From Tubulanus polymorphus (taxonomy: Eukaryota; Animalia; Nemertea), in assembly GCF_964204645.1 (NCBI RefSeq), contig NC_134029.1, positions 6,882,001 through 6,946,000 of the forward strand: a stretch of DNA of 64,000 nt. Reading direction: 5' to 3'. The stretch's first letter is position 1, and each line of letters opens with the position of its first letter. This document shows positions 28,141 through 43,300 of the stretch, in pieces. A program made the position numbers and the translations under genes. Below the pieces are notes generated by a model, which did no database searches, was not told the origin of the DNA, and worked only from the letters and a program-made list of their open reading frames with translations.

Positions 28141-31100
28141 GTTTCCTGATTTGCAGCCGGGAGGCGTAAGAGGGCAGCACTGTACGGTCTGTTTCTATTG
28201 TGTTATTAAATCTGTAAATTTTGTAAATTTTATCCATCTAAAACCTGTAATGGCTTTGAATTTAAACAAAATAGAAAAAATAAATATTCCCACATGTAGG
28301 CTATATAGCATAATTGCACATAATCCAAACAAATAACAGGGTCAATCCCTATCTTACTCAAGATCACTTTCCTATGAAAGCACTCTCCTAATAATATAGT
28401 CTATAGATGTGAAAATCTGCATGGATGATGGGAATCTGCGGCGGTGTTGTCGATGGCGGTCACAGACCAGAATACTCCTCTAGAATCAGGCTTTAAAAAA
28501 CAACACAAAAAATAAATTTGAAGCACTTTAAATTAATTTATTGCATTTTAAAGAACCATGTCCATAGATCTATATAATTTATCAGAACAAGACAGAGCAT
28601 TTTAACATTATAAACTGAGGTCACAAAATTTCCGAAACATACAGACACGTTCTTCTCCTCTCAAATTGAATTCAATTATAACGATTTTATGATAATCAGA
28701 TCACAGAATATAACTTCATAGTAGTACAGTGGTTTACACATCATAAATCAAGACGGAAAGATCATTAGCACATTAGAGAATTTAACAAAGTACGTGTTCA
28801 TCATCTAATTTTCAAAATTTAGATTTTTCCCCGTTATTACGAGTAGGCGGCGTATGGATATTTTGACGAATGACAATGTTGTTTATATAAAGTGGCTATT
28901 TTTTTGCAATGAGAAATACTCGAAACAATAAATACGTTTATAGACACCCGAAACCAAATTATAGTCAATGTCAATATGGTCGATTAGCGATAAGAAACAA
29001 AGGCAATTTCTACTCTTATGGGGCCGCATCATCGGCAATTGAGATGATTTATGATACAAAAATTTACCGTGTAAACATGGAATGCAAGAAACATTGAAAT
29101 GTTCAATAATCAACTGATATTACTTACTTTTTCACTGATTAATAATTAATTTCATTTATTAAGTAATTTTTCAATGACTCCTTTAATCGTTTGATTCATT
29201 CACAAAAATTCTCGCACAACAAAAAAAAATGCGTGTCATATATTCCTATATATAATGATAATGATATTAGTTCTCATGTTATGAGATTCCTTGTAAGTCT
29301 ATGCAAAAAAGTCCCCCGTTTTTTTTTCCGTCATTTCGCGCAAGGCACACACGGATCAAGCTTTGCCACGGAGAAGTACGATATATAGAGTATAGTTCCC
29401 ACTGAGAATGAGCGCGTCGGAGAGGATATCCTAAAGAAGCGCGGAAACCTAGAGAGAAATTTCAAGCATTCCATTTTCACAATCATATCATAGAGAGAAA
29501 GACGATTTTCAACCGCGCCTGGAATCACCTGATTTCATACGATACAGTTACCAGGTAGGTATAGCTCGTTGACAGACTGAGCAATAGTATACATATATAC
29601 AATCATCCTATCGTTATTCATCAAATAAAGTGTTCATTCATTATACGATACATTTCATTTAGGCTTCCACAATCTCTTCCAGTGGACGGTTAATCCACAG
29701 CAGTGTCTTGATTATCGATTTACGATAACGAACGTCTATTTGTTTCATATTAATATTCTTAGATATACGCATGTTGAATACCTTATTATACTGCGTTCAA
29801 CTCAAGTTTAATTCAATCGTTCTCGACTCTAGTTTATATATATATATACATATACTGTCATCTGGGGAAGATCTTCATTCACATAATATTTCCTTCATTC
29901 CTATAATAAATATATTTTCAGCTTCCAACTGTCAATTCATCATTAAACCAGTATAAATACAAGCGACACACTTCGTCACAACTTTTTGTATATATCAGTA
30001 CAAGAATCTACAATTCATCTCGATACAACTGTGAAAACATAAGCTTTTTAGAAGATTCTAAGGAGTCGGCCATTTACTACCGATACGCACAACTTCCATT
30101 ATTTGTTACCCTCCTGTCCATAAACTCGGGATTATCATTCTTCTAGAATATGACTAACTCTTTCGGTATGTAATAAAAAGTCGACTCCTTAACTAGAATT
30201 TTTGCTGAAAATACAGCCAAATTTAATATATTTTTTTTCTTCAAGAATAAAGCCATACAACATTAGACAGTGTTTGTGGGGGATATGAGAACTATTACAT
30301 TATATGTATGCGAACACTGTTTGTGAATCTGCGAGGTGATTGTCTGACAACTCTTGTGTATTGAACTCTTAGTGTACATTTAATGTATGCATATTAAGCG
30401 ATACAAGGGGCACTTCTTAGTAGTTTACAAAAGAACCAAATCCAAACTATAAGTACTGACAGAAAAGCCCCTACGAAAAATGCGCATTCAGTCCATCCTA
30501 ATTCTTAATACAGAAATAACCAAATTAACGATAACTTCATATTAGACGTTACCTGTTTTTTCGTAACATAAAAAATAATCTTTTGTAGAAAAATTCAAGA
30601 TAATTTTCTAAATGGTGATAGAGTTGTATTTGCAAAAGGATGGACTGTACGCGCTTTACCAATTTGTCCGGATGGTATTACTTTAAAAGAGCGCGTTAAA
30701 TTGGAAAGGAACATCGTGATTCTATGAACAACACTTATCTGTTTTATATACACGCGTACTACATAATAACAATAATCAAAAGCTTGGCACCTCAGTAGCT
30801 AGCATAGTCTAGAAATTGGAAAATTGTCAGCGTCGAGCTTGCGAAAAGACCGAACTAGCTACTAAAAAAGACAAGCGAGTTATTTGAATGTACGAAATAC
30901 CTCGGCGAACTGAGCACCTCTGTACACAAAGAAATACAGCGATTAAAAAAAGACGACGCGATATACGCGACCATCTTTTTTTAATTTTTCACCGTATTAT
31001 ATCATTATATCCCTTCATCACCCGTATCTGTACATTGAAATGAAATTTACAATTCTCTTTTTACCGCGAGTTAACTAATACAACACAATACACATAAATA

Positions 31101-31361
31101 AATCAACTAAAGCATTATCGTTTTTATTTCTTGTTTAGAGCAAAAGTCGAGGTTGGAAAAAAGTCTACGGCTTAATATTAAAGAAATACCACCCGGATTA
31201 TGGTCGATGACACCTTGCATATTCAATTGATAAGAACTAAGTATTATCTATGTTTTGTTGTCAAGAATTTTTGTGGCTGCAGCGATCAGTTTTAGATGTT
31301 GTTCCCGATGCTCTCGTGACGATGTTGCGGTCAATGGCAGCCGAACTCGCGCTCACACATT

Positions 31362-34300
31362 CTAACCAAACGATATCTGGGATTGTCCGCCGGGAGGAGC
31401 CATTACCTTAGTAGATGGTTTTCCGGACTGAAATACAGAAAAGAATCAATTCATTTCACTTTTATCATCGATTGAAACGTCCTTCCCCAGGCAGAGATAT
31501 AAACGTGATGGTATCGCTAGACTCAGCTACGGTACAAAACCCTGCCACACTAGACGACCGGATGTGGCACCAATCAGATTGCCCGTTGTATTATAGCTGA
31601 GGCAAATTTCACAGATAAACTGTAAATGGAAAAGGTTTGAATCCTCGCCGGTGGAGGATAAGTTTGAAAATAACTCAAAAGATTCTGGCCCCCTTTTGCA
31701 GGGGTTCGTACCAACTAAAAATGGCATCAGTACAAAGGATTACCCAGTAACTCGCCAGATACTTGAATGCGATGCAAAAACATGTACTGATTATTTTTTG
31801 ATTCAGGAGATTCGGAAAATCGAAGGTCTGAACGCATTTAAACACAGTCTGAAACATCTGCTTTTCTCTGTGAAGCGTGTGGACTGTAGATGCAGTTTTC
31901 AGTAACCATAAGGCGTGGGGGAACATCTTTTAAATGAAACAGGCAAAACATTATTATTATCGAGATCTGTACTCACCTCATGAACAGTAGTTGTATGAGT
32001 CAAGGGATTATAGGATTCTGAAAATAAGGCAATATAAAGAAATCATTGATATGCACATGATCTACAGAAAATGTATCATTATGAACATGGAGCCTCATCA
32101 TAACAAAACTGGACACGAAATCTTTGACCCAGTCATAAAACGTAACCAGCTTCAAGACTCTTATTTAGACTAAATGGACAAATTTTCCAGTATTCTGAGG
32201 TTCGCTGTAATGAAGATCCAAGGCAGTCATATATGGGACTAACAATAGAAATGAATGGGAAAACATCATATCTTGGAATTAAGGCAAAAACTGTGTAAAA
32301 CATAACTTCATTGTAAACACATTTAATTTTTAATGAATGAGAAGAAGTATTTCAGAATTCAGACCTACGAGACAATATAAATAGGATAGAGAAACTACTC
32401 AATCAATCACAGACAAGTGATAAAATACTGTACCATTCTTAAATGTTCAAGGGCAAGTTGCAAGTGCAACTTCGATCCTTGTGTGATGATTGTGATTGTG
32501 ATTGATTAGTAATAAATGAACAAAAGAGTTTCATAAGTAAACTGAAAATGAAGAAGTGTACAACACTAAATAATCTAAATATGTTTCATTTTTTATTCAG
32601 CCTCGATTAAGACATGAAAAGAAATTTTTTCAAGTAGTAGATAAGCGTTGATTGATATCATTGTGTGGAAGTCTTGAATAAATCGACAAGAAGCCCATCA
32701 ATAATTTAGTCTTATTAGTGTTTCCTCATATTTTGTTAGTAACAAGATGATTCAAGTAATAATTCAATTTGATTCATGAAATTCTAATTTGGACAGGATG
32801 TAGAACCAGAATCTAATACGTGTTATCATCTCTGATTGGTCTAGATCTGAGGAGCCTTGGTTAATTAACCAGAACAGGGTGCAGTTTTCAAGGAGTTTTA
32901 AAGGAGAAAATTTCACATTTCGAGGAAGTGTTTGTATCACGTTCGTATCCCAAAGAGCATTTTCCATTTTGAAGGGTTTTTAAGGAATCAACAAGTCGTA
33001 GGGACTCTGCAAAACTGCTGCTCTGAGATCGACAAATCAAGAGTGAGAACACGGTAAATTGACGAGGTTCTTTATTTTCACTCGATATAGATATAGTTAC
33101 ACTCGAGAACTCTGAAGTTATAGATAAATCTATCCGTAAAGTGATGCAGAAAATGAATTCGCAGTTCAACGGTGATGTGAATATAAGTGAGCAATGAATA
33201 CCGCTACCTTTCGCTTTACGATTAAAACCTCGTTCGTTATCTAAAGCGCCTACACCTACAATAGGATCGCGTTCTGTATGGAGGAAAAGTTAAGGGAAAA
33301 TCATTTAGTTTCTGCGTTATAAGTATTTCTTTGAAAGTTCTTCTAACTCCTTCGAACACACCAGTTGCTCTAACACGCAATACTGGACTTGTGAAAACGA
33401 CCCATAGACAAATTGAGTTCATAGTCTAATTCTAACTGATAGAATGGGATCCACTGTTTAGAGCGACTTTCATAGACTCAGTGAGTTGAACCACTCAGTC
33501 AGAGGCAGCTGAAATAAAACTTTCTAAATTATTCCAATATATACGAGATAATGTTTTGTACACCAGCAACCGTGGACATAAAGCCTAAAAAAGAAAAAAA
33601 TTCGATTAACTCATAGTATCTAACACTATAACCCTTAAAGGCCTACCATGTGTGTGTGTGGAGATGTGACTGTATTCCCTAATTCAACTGTGTTATTATC
33701 ATACATATCAATAAAATCTACATACACTAATACTCGTAATAATATACAAACATCTTCAGGTTTTCGAAAGAAAATACCACCACAGAAAATGAAAAGCCGT
33801 TTCCATAAAAACACAAAATAGAGAGCTAACAAATTCTATGCCTTCCAACTTTTTAACGACATGGCAATCATTTATTCATTGAAATGAAGCAGTAGAAATT
33901 GTCAGCATTATACCTTTCCATAAACCATATAAGTAGTTATACATAGGTAATTACTTTTATTACATTTTTTAAGATGAATATATATATAGGACTTCAACAT
34001 AAAACAACATAGCATACAATTTCATAATAATAGTGATTACATTTCCCAAAGCTCCGCTAACCGATCGGTGTGTATATATGGCGATTTAGAATATAAGCCC
34101 CGCTGGTGCCCGCGCTAGTTGTTTCGTGAATTCGCGCCTACCTTGCTGGCGAGGAAAAGCCTCCTCTAAGTCTCAGCGATATCGCGGTACCACTGGCATT
34201 GTCGAAAAACCTACAGCAACAAATCGTGTATTCTCGATAAGAAAAAGTGATAAGCAAACAATATTGTCACCGATACCGAAATTCTCGCCGCTATCGTCAA

Positions 34301-37300
34301 AGCCAAACTTCAACAATATCGCTCCGACTCATCCGAGTTCAAGAACTAAGGTATCGTAGATTTTACGAGAAGTTTTTTTTCTTGACGTGACAACCTCCAC
34401 ATTTAGAGAGATTTAAAAAGGTTATTTACCATCGTTTGACTTAAATTCAAGAAAACTTCTCCAGAATAAGACATTTCCCCCTAAAAATTTTTCAATGGCA
34501 AATTTCATTCAAACACTGGCGCAAATTCTCCGGCAAGTTTAGTACGAAATCGAAAACTACGTGCAATCCACAGTTACAAAGTCGAGGAAGTCAGGGGTGT
34601 GTATAGAGGATCGTTGCGTGTGGTGGTGAATATTGTAACAGTGATAGGCACAAAAAAATGAATAGAGAAATACAGCAACGAACACCACAGACAATCTCAA
34701 ATAATACCTCTTACACTATGTCTATTTAGAGCGGATGATGGACGCGGGGATTGCGAAGTATGTATGTCATATGACTGACAATCCGTGCCGGTTAACGGGT
34801 TCGACGATGATCGAGCTAAAATAACGCATTTAAAATACGATTAATTCGATACTGGTAAATAATTCGATAATTAACGCACGTCATATATCGGGAACGGGGA
34901 ACTAACGCCGCGATCGCACGGAGACGATTTGGCCCGCGCCAAGTTGCCACGGATCAGGCTGGGCTAAATTTGGCCCGTGCCTAATTAGAGAGCGCGTTCA
35001 CGCGTAAACCACTCACTCAATACTAAACAATGCTTAAACAAAGCGAAGTGAGTCACTTCCAGAACCAGTTCCAATTCACCCGCAATTATTTGCTAACATT
35101 CGGCTGGGGCCAAAAATGCTCATGCGATCGCCGCTAAAGGCACAGTTGCTCACTAGAAGAGTTCACCAGATGGCGCTAACGTGAAGTCAGGCTTAACTCC
35201 ACATTTATTATCAAGTTTATACATACAAACTCATAATGAATAAATCACAAATGAGAAATAAACTAAGGTATTCAGACAATCAGATCACATAATCTGATTA
35301 CAGTTAACTAACTTTTTATATTCAGTGGCGCCAGGTGGTTGGATAACTTGCGCTGACAGTATAGTTCCCCGTTCATCAATTTCATAATGATTTGTGTGAA
35401 GATTTAGATTATTGACATATTCATTCAATTTCATCTACCAATAGGAACCACAGCATCACAAAGACTCGAATGTCATTTACCATTTGACATCAACAGCGAG
35501 CAGGAAAGACGAAAGGATTTTGAAGATGAAGGAATAGAAACCATAGGATTCCAATACCGGAGGGTTGATGAGAAATCGCAACTCTTATAATGTACTTCAA
35601 TTTTGCAATTCAAACAATCATAATCGATACGTAAAAATATCTTTCATGAAACCAGGCCTAGGTTGAAGTTTCACAAAAGTGTAAGCTAATTAATTATTTT
35701 TTGCTAGCGATTAATTTCGAAAAATTTTAAGTTAAAATTCTCCACAAATGCCAGTCCAAGTACATAGGAATCGTGGGTAGAAAGCATATATCGGGAGAAT
35801 TCTACAAGTCCATGATTTGGAGCAAATTTGGTTGCCAGAAAACTGAGGATTGTGATACTCCCTGTGGGTAGAAGGAAAGTATACCAGCAATAGGTTATTC
35901 AGATAAAGTAGAGTGAAGACGATACAAGCAAATGTCTAAAACGCTATTTCTCACAAAATACAGAAACTATGAGAACACAAAATTTTTCACTACACATCAA
36001 AGTGCAGTGATATTAAACCACCGTCAAGTTACTGTACTGTAGTAGAAACAACACAATTCTCAGCTATAGAGTACGTAGGTGAATAAGACTGGAAACTAGT
36101 ACCACCTGATAGTGAAAACAAGCAACGCGCATGAAACGGAAAAATCTATGAATATATTTGTAGAATACCTTTTTGACGTCTGGGAGTCCGTGACCGGTTG
36201 TCATAACTGATATCAAAGGATTGGCAATTATCCCCCGTAATGGGGTTGCTAGAGCTCACTATAAAGATCAACAATTTTCCGCGATTAATAGCTCGAATAA
36301 TATTAGGAAAAAAACGAACATTTTATAAGAAAATGTTGGAAAACTTTTCATATGAATTTTGAACACGCGAATTTTATTACATTTTCGAATACAAAGGAAA
36401 ATATTGAAATAAATTTTTCATTGCCCGAATTTCAATTACAGATTTCAGATCGACTAAAGGACATCTAAACTATCACGACAGATACAGCGGTTACTACCAA
36501 GTACGACAGTAGACACATAAGTTTGTACCTTTGGACTGCTGGACGGCTACTTTAGACTTGGACTTGAATTCAGGTTTCAGCGTGTAGGCCTGGCAATTAT
36601 GGCCCGTTAACGGATTACAAACTGCGTGATAAAACAATATTTTCATCGACCGAGAGACATATTCTCTGGAGTACTCTAATGTAGAAAGCCGACAATAGAA
36701 GAATATAAACAGGGCTGCCAACCTCTAATAAGTGCATCAACAAGACACATCAAGAAATGTTCAAATCAATTGGCAATCAATGGTAATGCCATCAGTAACA
36801 CCTTTCACATTTATGAACATATGAAACATATCAAATCAGTATTTCTCGTGACAAAATACTGAGAAATCAGGGAAAGTTGGCAGCTCTGTATAAATTGAGC
36901 TCGGCAACGTCTCAATTCAGTGTTATCAAAATACATGTCATTGTTATTCTTCTATTGGAAAATTGTTTTTCGAGATAAAAAAATTCTGGACTTTTCTCTA
37001 AAACAAAACATTTACGACTACGGGTAAACGAACCCAACTAACAATTTCTTTCAGAATAAAACAAAGTCATATTTGTATGCATTCTCAAGATTACATTAAT
37101 AGGTCCGGCTTTTTTGGGGTATCATCAACAACGGAACAACGGAATAGGGAAATTGAGTTTTTCTTTTCATTTAGAAAAATTTTGAGCCCCTGATGAATTT
37201 CGATTGAACAATAATATGACGAACAAAATAACCGCTGATGAATAAAAATTAATAACAAAAAAAATGTAACAAAAAATCACTCATGTAAATGAGAATCATA

Positions 37301-40300
37301 ACGAATTTGATGAATAATGATGTCTACCTGAGTTAGCCTTCGGAGTTGGCTGTCTAGCTTTACTAGACGGTTCACGATGGATGTCCCAACAATCGCAGCC
37401 ATTCCCGGTGATCGGGTTAGAATTCGCTAAATCAAGAAATCACATGCATGATGAATGATAATAATGGCGGAAAATAATCCGAGAAAAATCCAATTAACGA
37501 ATTACTTAAACATTGAGTTGATGACAACGAAATGAAGAAACTGAATTCACTTTTAATGTATGTTGACGAAAACACTTAAAATATTGACAGAGCTTTTAGA
37601 ATATTTAATTCTAGAGGTATTTGCATTCAGGGCGAATAAAGCACATAGTCTATCTATATATTATTATGCTCACGAAAGGCAAGTAGTGAATTTACAAAAT
37701 TTTCAGAGGGAAAAACTTGATAACAATAAGCAGCAAAGTAGCAACGATTGCAAATGGTAAGCAAATATTTCAATTAACGAAACCGCATCATTATAATACA
37801 CTATAGAACCGCAACGAAACTCAAACAAACCACCGCGGAAAAATTAAGTCTCGACAACTCTTCGAAAGCGGTGAGTTCTTTTTCATAACACGGTCAGTAA
37901 ACTCAAGAGGCCCATTCCCCGTGGTACCGATCTAGGGGAACCTACGATGTCTTAGACATACACACCCGCTATTAGGTGACGATACCATTTCTAAGACAAA
38001 TTTGAAATTTGAATTAATCCGATTCCAAAATGCTCTCAAACCTTCGTATACCACCTCATCTATAAGTACCGGGTACTACTATTTTGTACTCAGGCTAAGA
38101 TAGGACTGCAACTCAGTGTAAGGCCGAGTCTACTGGACCTAGATGAACAGTCATGGCTAAGATTTAAGACCGGTCTAAGACCACCTTGGTTCTATAGCCA
38201 ATCGCAGCTAATCTAAGACCCCTTTTGGACTTAAGGCACGACTGCGCAACTGGGGCCAGTTGCTCAAAAGTTGGTTGGAGTTAACCAGTGGGTAGTTGAC
38301 ATAGTGACAATTAAAAGTTCATTGTTACTATGGTATTTATCCGCTGGTTATCTATAACCAACTTTTGAGCAACCGGCCTCTGGGCTTTTTTTATTGTTTC
38401 TCAACTGTTTCAAGAAATGACAAAAATGACGAACAGCCTTCGAAGAGTTTACTCGTTCAGTGAGAGGAAAAACAACAGCAACGTCAAGATGATTATTAAT
38501 CTACCTCGTTTCACGCCAAGCAGACGTCGTCTACTTTGTCGAGGCGGTGTATTCTCACTGATGCTACTACTCGTTCCACCCGTAATCGGATTCGAGCCGC
38601 CTGAAATAATCAATCACCGACACAAACCTCAGTGCGTGATGCATATAATTAGAAAACGTATTCGACGTTTTGCCTTTCATCTGTAACAGTCACAGTTTTA
38701 CCTTACGTGTCGCAACTCCAAAATCATGGTTTTAGACTTTCGCCTAAAATCTTAATCCAACAGTACCAGAGTTTCGCAATTCCATTTGCTTCAATATAAA
38801 TTTTAGGAAACTCCAAAATTACGATATTTTTTGTAAATCGACTAAAATTTTGCCCGCACTCAATCAAAGAAATCATGTCTCCACTTCACGACCGCAACTG
38901 GGCGCCGACCTTCATCCCTTCTTGGCACAGTGAAGACTAAAATTTGGGCCGGTCTTAAATTCTACTGGCCAAAATTAAGTCTGAAATGGCCCTCAATTAT
39001 CAGAATTATTGGTTGAAGAACAGATGAACGACAATACGTCAAATACAGCGACAAAGTGCTCTCCTTCGCTCGCCTTTGTTGTTTGCTCGGGAATTCATTT
39101 TTGGAAAATATTTGAGATCACAAAAAAGAACCTCTTTTTGCTTGAATATCAAAATACATTTAAGAAAATATTTACCATACAGATAATTAAAAAAAAGAGA
39201 GAGAGAGAAAGGTTTGAATTGATGATTTAGGATGGATTGGTACGCTATATGAAGACATTTTTAAAATAAACAAGATTAATATTATTTACAAAGACAATAT
39301 TTTTTTTTGACGAAAGGAAAAATACAATCATGACAAAACAAACATGACTAATAAAGTGAAGGGCGATTTATTGGTAGATTTTCTATCTGTTTGCCCGGGG
39401 AATCTTTATTATAACATAGATGAAGGTAAGTGATAAATAATGTGTACACGCAACAAAGATAAGTGAAGAAATCCGAAGCCTACGATTTGAAAATGAACAG
39501 GCTGATGTGAATGGATAATGGATAAAAAGCCCTTAAGATGCTCACATCAAAGCTTCGAATAAGCGATGATAACTACTCCTAGAAAGGAGGTGAATATCCT
39601 ATCTTCCGTATACCGCAACTGAATGCAATAGCCTTTTCCAGCAAAACCTTACGCCCAAACCATATGATTGAATGACATAAAAACAAATGAAAGGAACCAC
39701 ATCAAGTCTAGTAGCCACAGACTCTCACAGAAATTTTGGAAAGGTCATTATGTGGGATTGTCGAAAAATGCTGAAAAGGTTACTACTATGATCGCCTTGC
39801 TAACTTCTCACAGTACCCGTATCATATATCATGTTAACCGTAACTAAACCGCTGATGCACCCGATACCAGTAGGCCGATATGAATTTAAACCTTGGAATG
39901 CAGCGTGGAATCGAACGTCACCAGAAAGGAAACCAAGCAACACTGGCTACGCTCATGGATGAAAACATATATTAAACCATCCTCCCTCGGAATTCGAACC
40001 TTATGGCAACGCTAGGCTCAGCCATGGCACGAAACCCTGCTACACTAGACCCAGTACGAGGGTTTGCTGCAAGATAACTTGCGGCAACAATCAGATTGCC
40101 TGTTGTATAATCGCCGAGGCAAATTTCACGAATAAATCATACATGGAAAAACCCGGGCTAAAATAAAACAGGATTTCTGATCAGCTGGTGATGACAACAT
40201 CCAAGCTGCACATCTAGCTGCGCACTCGGGCTAGTGTGGCGGAATCTCATACCGTGGCGTTCCATCAGGTTCGAGGACGATATCTAACTGGCTCGTGAAT

Positions 40301-43300
40301 ACAGGTGGGATATATACGTATATTATGTACAATTTCTACTCCTGTCTCTACCTTGGCGCTGCAAGTCACGACACACGGGATTCCGTTTCAGACGCGTGTA
40401 CTCCTGACCGAGATCGCCGCGGCCGGTGATCGGATTGCGATTCTCCTGATTCGACGGGCGTCTGCTGCCCAGTCGAGTTTTCGACGGGTCTCTACGATGC
40501 GGGTACAACAGGTCGAACTCTTCGGTGCCGACGCCGGCGATCGGGTTTCGCGGCACGTTGTCTATTATCAACGGAAAGAAGAGATTTTAAAATCGGAGAG
40601 AAATCTTCGATCAAAAAGATGTCTGTCCACGTTTTAGATGAAATTTCAATCGGAAAAACAGATGAATCATGCAGGAAGTATCGTTTCGAAAAAATGTTGG
40701 ATATAGTAGACTCCGCTTGCCTCAGATCTAGTGGGACCAATTGGGGCAGTTGGAGCAGGGAATGGGAGCATGATAATTTGTGATATATTGTCCGGGGCAT
40801 GCAGGGATAATCTGAGGCAACCTTCCGGGGATTTGGATTAAAAAGAAAATTTTGTAAATCATCGAATTGTTCTTCTCTCGTCGTGGATTCGAACATTCTT
40901 GGTAAGTTTAGGAGCAATTTCGAATAGGTTGACATCAGAACTATCGAAAAAAGAAAATATGATGTACCAGGTACTAATACTGGGTATTACATTTACGGGG
41001 CCGACGCAAATGTCAACTCTTGAGCATTACGAACAAATAATCTTGAAATATTTATACGTTTATGGGCGAGTTCCAGAATATTTTTCTTTGGTTCGACTAT
41101 GGATAACTCCGGGGCAAACGGCGTCTGCTGTAGCCAAGTGATAAAGATTTCTGTTTTATGATGATATTGCTTTTTGGATAATATCATATGTCATTACCAA
41201 TCCATCTGTCGGGTGAAGTGCATTATTCGAATAAAAAAAAAAATACCAACCCCAAAACCTGACAGAGACCTTACGTTTTACCAGTAGTGCGATAAAAAAA
41301 AGCCGAAACCTGTAGAGAATTGCAATTGAACAAACCTTCGACATTCTTCAAAGCAGGGCGTCGCTTGTGCACTTTCTGTTCGTTCTCAGTACTGAAATCT
41401 CCTTTACCGACAACCGGGTCTCGTTGAGCTAGATTTATATACATACATACACAATTTAAATTCGTTTCAAAAAATTTAAAAACTCTTTGTAATTGGCGGA
41501 TACAGATTTTAGACAGAAGACGAAGAACTAGTAGATTACGAATCAGGGTTCAGAAATCGGGTGTACAAGAGATGGAGATGGAAACTTTTTAGGTGAAGGT
41601 TGGAGATATCAGGAAGGTCACCGATGAAAATAACAAATTGCCGAAGAAAATTCCGCAACCAAGAATATATAAGGATAACCGTAAACACCACGGATGATTG
41701 AACAAGCGAAATTACTGGAGAACCCTAAACTCGGTAATCAAAAAGTCGATAGTCGACTTAATTCAATTTCGACCGGCATCACGCGACGAAAAATCCAAAT
41801 TAGATCTTCTTAATTGTAAAAGTGCGCAGTTCAACAACCAAAGCGATAACCTAATATAACAGCATTTGCGTATGCAACGCGTTTCATCTTCTTAAAATCC
41901 AGAACCTAAATGCGACTATATATAAAAGTGTTTATTTCCATGCCTGCTCGAGATTGAGTTTTTCAGCTAAAAAAGATGTACCTTCTTTATGACAAAAACG
42001 CTTGCTACAACGTTTTTCCGCCGGAAAATGGCCCTTGCCTTTAATAGGGTCGCGTGTGACTGAAATTCATCATAATATATCAGTCAAAAAAAAAGAAATT
42101 ACAACGTCCTGCCTTCCCACGATGATAGAAAATCATGTACATGTACTAATCACGGGTTAAATATGTAAAGAATTTGAGATTTTTTCCAATCAAGTCGAGT
42201 AAATGAGAGCAATATATACAGTAAACTTAAGATTTCTTGTATGATAGATATGGGACAGAAAATCCTCAGCATAAATTGTTATAGCTTGGATTAAATCCAG
42301 GAGTCAGTTACTCAAACAGTTACAGTTAACCAGCGGATAGTTGACATAGTGACAATTGAAAGTTCATCGTTACTACAGTTACTACAGTATCTATCCACCG
42401 GTTGTCTGAAACAAACTCTTCGGCAACTGGCCCCAGGACCTTAAGTTTCATCATGGGTATAAGTTAGAATCGAAATCAGTTTATTTTCCAGCGATTTGAC
42501 GGATACAATCGAATTCGGATTTAACTGGAAATCTAACCCCACGGCCTATGTTGGAACTTAACGAATCCGGGCGAACTATAGTTCATAGTTAACTGTATCA
42601 TAAACCGAAGCGTGATAACGATAAAAGATAATAACAGCCCGAAACCTTCTTCTGTTCGCTGGAGACAAATTCTACCTTTTTCACCGATGAAAGAGCGACG
42701 ACACCGACGTCCGGACTCGCGTAGAGGGTCGCGCTCTCGACCGAGATCACCGACACCCATTAATGGATTACGCTGGACTGTAAGGATAGGTTACAAGCTA
42801 CCGTGTAGTACATGTTGAACAGGTGAATGGGGAGTTTAGTATAAAGATGGTCCTCGTAAAGCGGGAGAAGGCAAGGTTCTGATGACAGAAGATAGAATAA
42901 GCGCGTTTGATTGGATGGCTAGTTCGGTCCAACTGACTGTACCAGCCTTCGGAGCTGGTTATTCCAGTCTAGACCAATGGGATACCGGCACCAGCAGATG
43001 GCGCAACAAAACGCCGGGTTATTCGTTGTGAAAAACAGTTCATTTTGAATGAAATCAGAACTAAATTTACAGGCTTCCGAATACGAAAATTATCAAACAT
43101 CATTGGATGGATATAAGATTCACTTTCTCAGTCAGTGTAGTTCTGCCGGTATGCCAGTGAACATGACGGGGATACGAGGCGACTAGTCAGCTCCAGTCAG
43201 CCCAATCAAACACACCTAATATACATCCCAGAGAAAGCAGGATTCAGAGAAGCGTTAAGAAGTCAGATTTCCGAGATTTGACAAAGAACGACGGTGTGAT

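Noticed and set aside
30791-30861. AG/GT-bounded island downstream of the Jupiter stop
   Set aside because: Contains a stop in phase 1, lacks the repeat motif and probably lies in the 3' UTR.
40492-40935. 147-aa minus-strand ORF
   Set aside because: Out of frame with the real cassette at 40561-40352 and includes a dispersed repeat (cgcttgcctcagatct, also near 60516).
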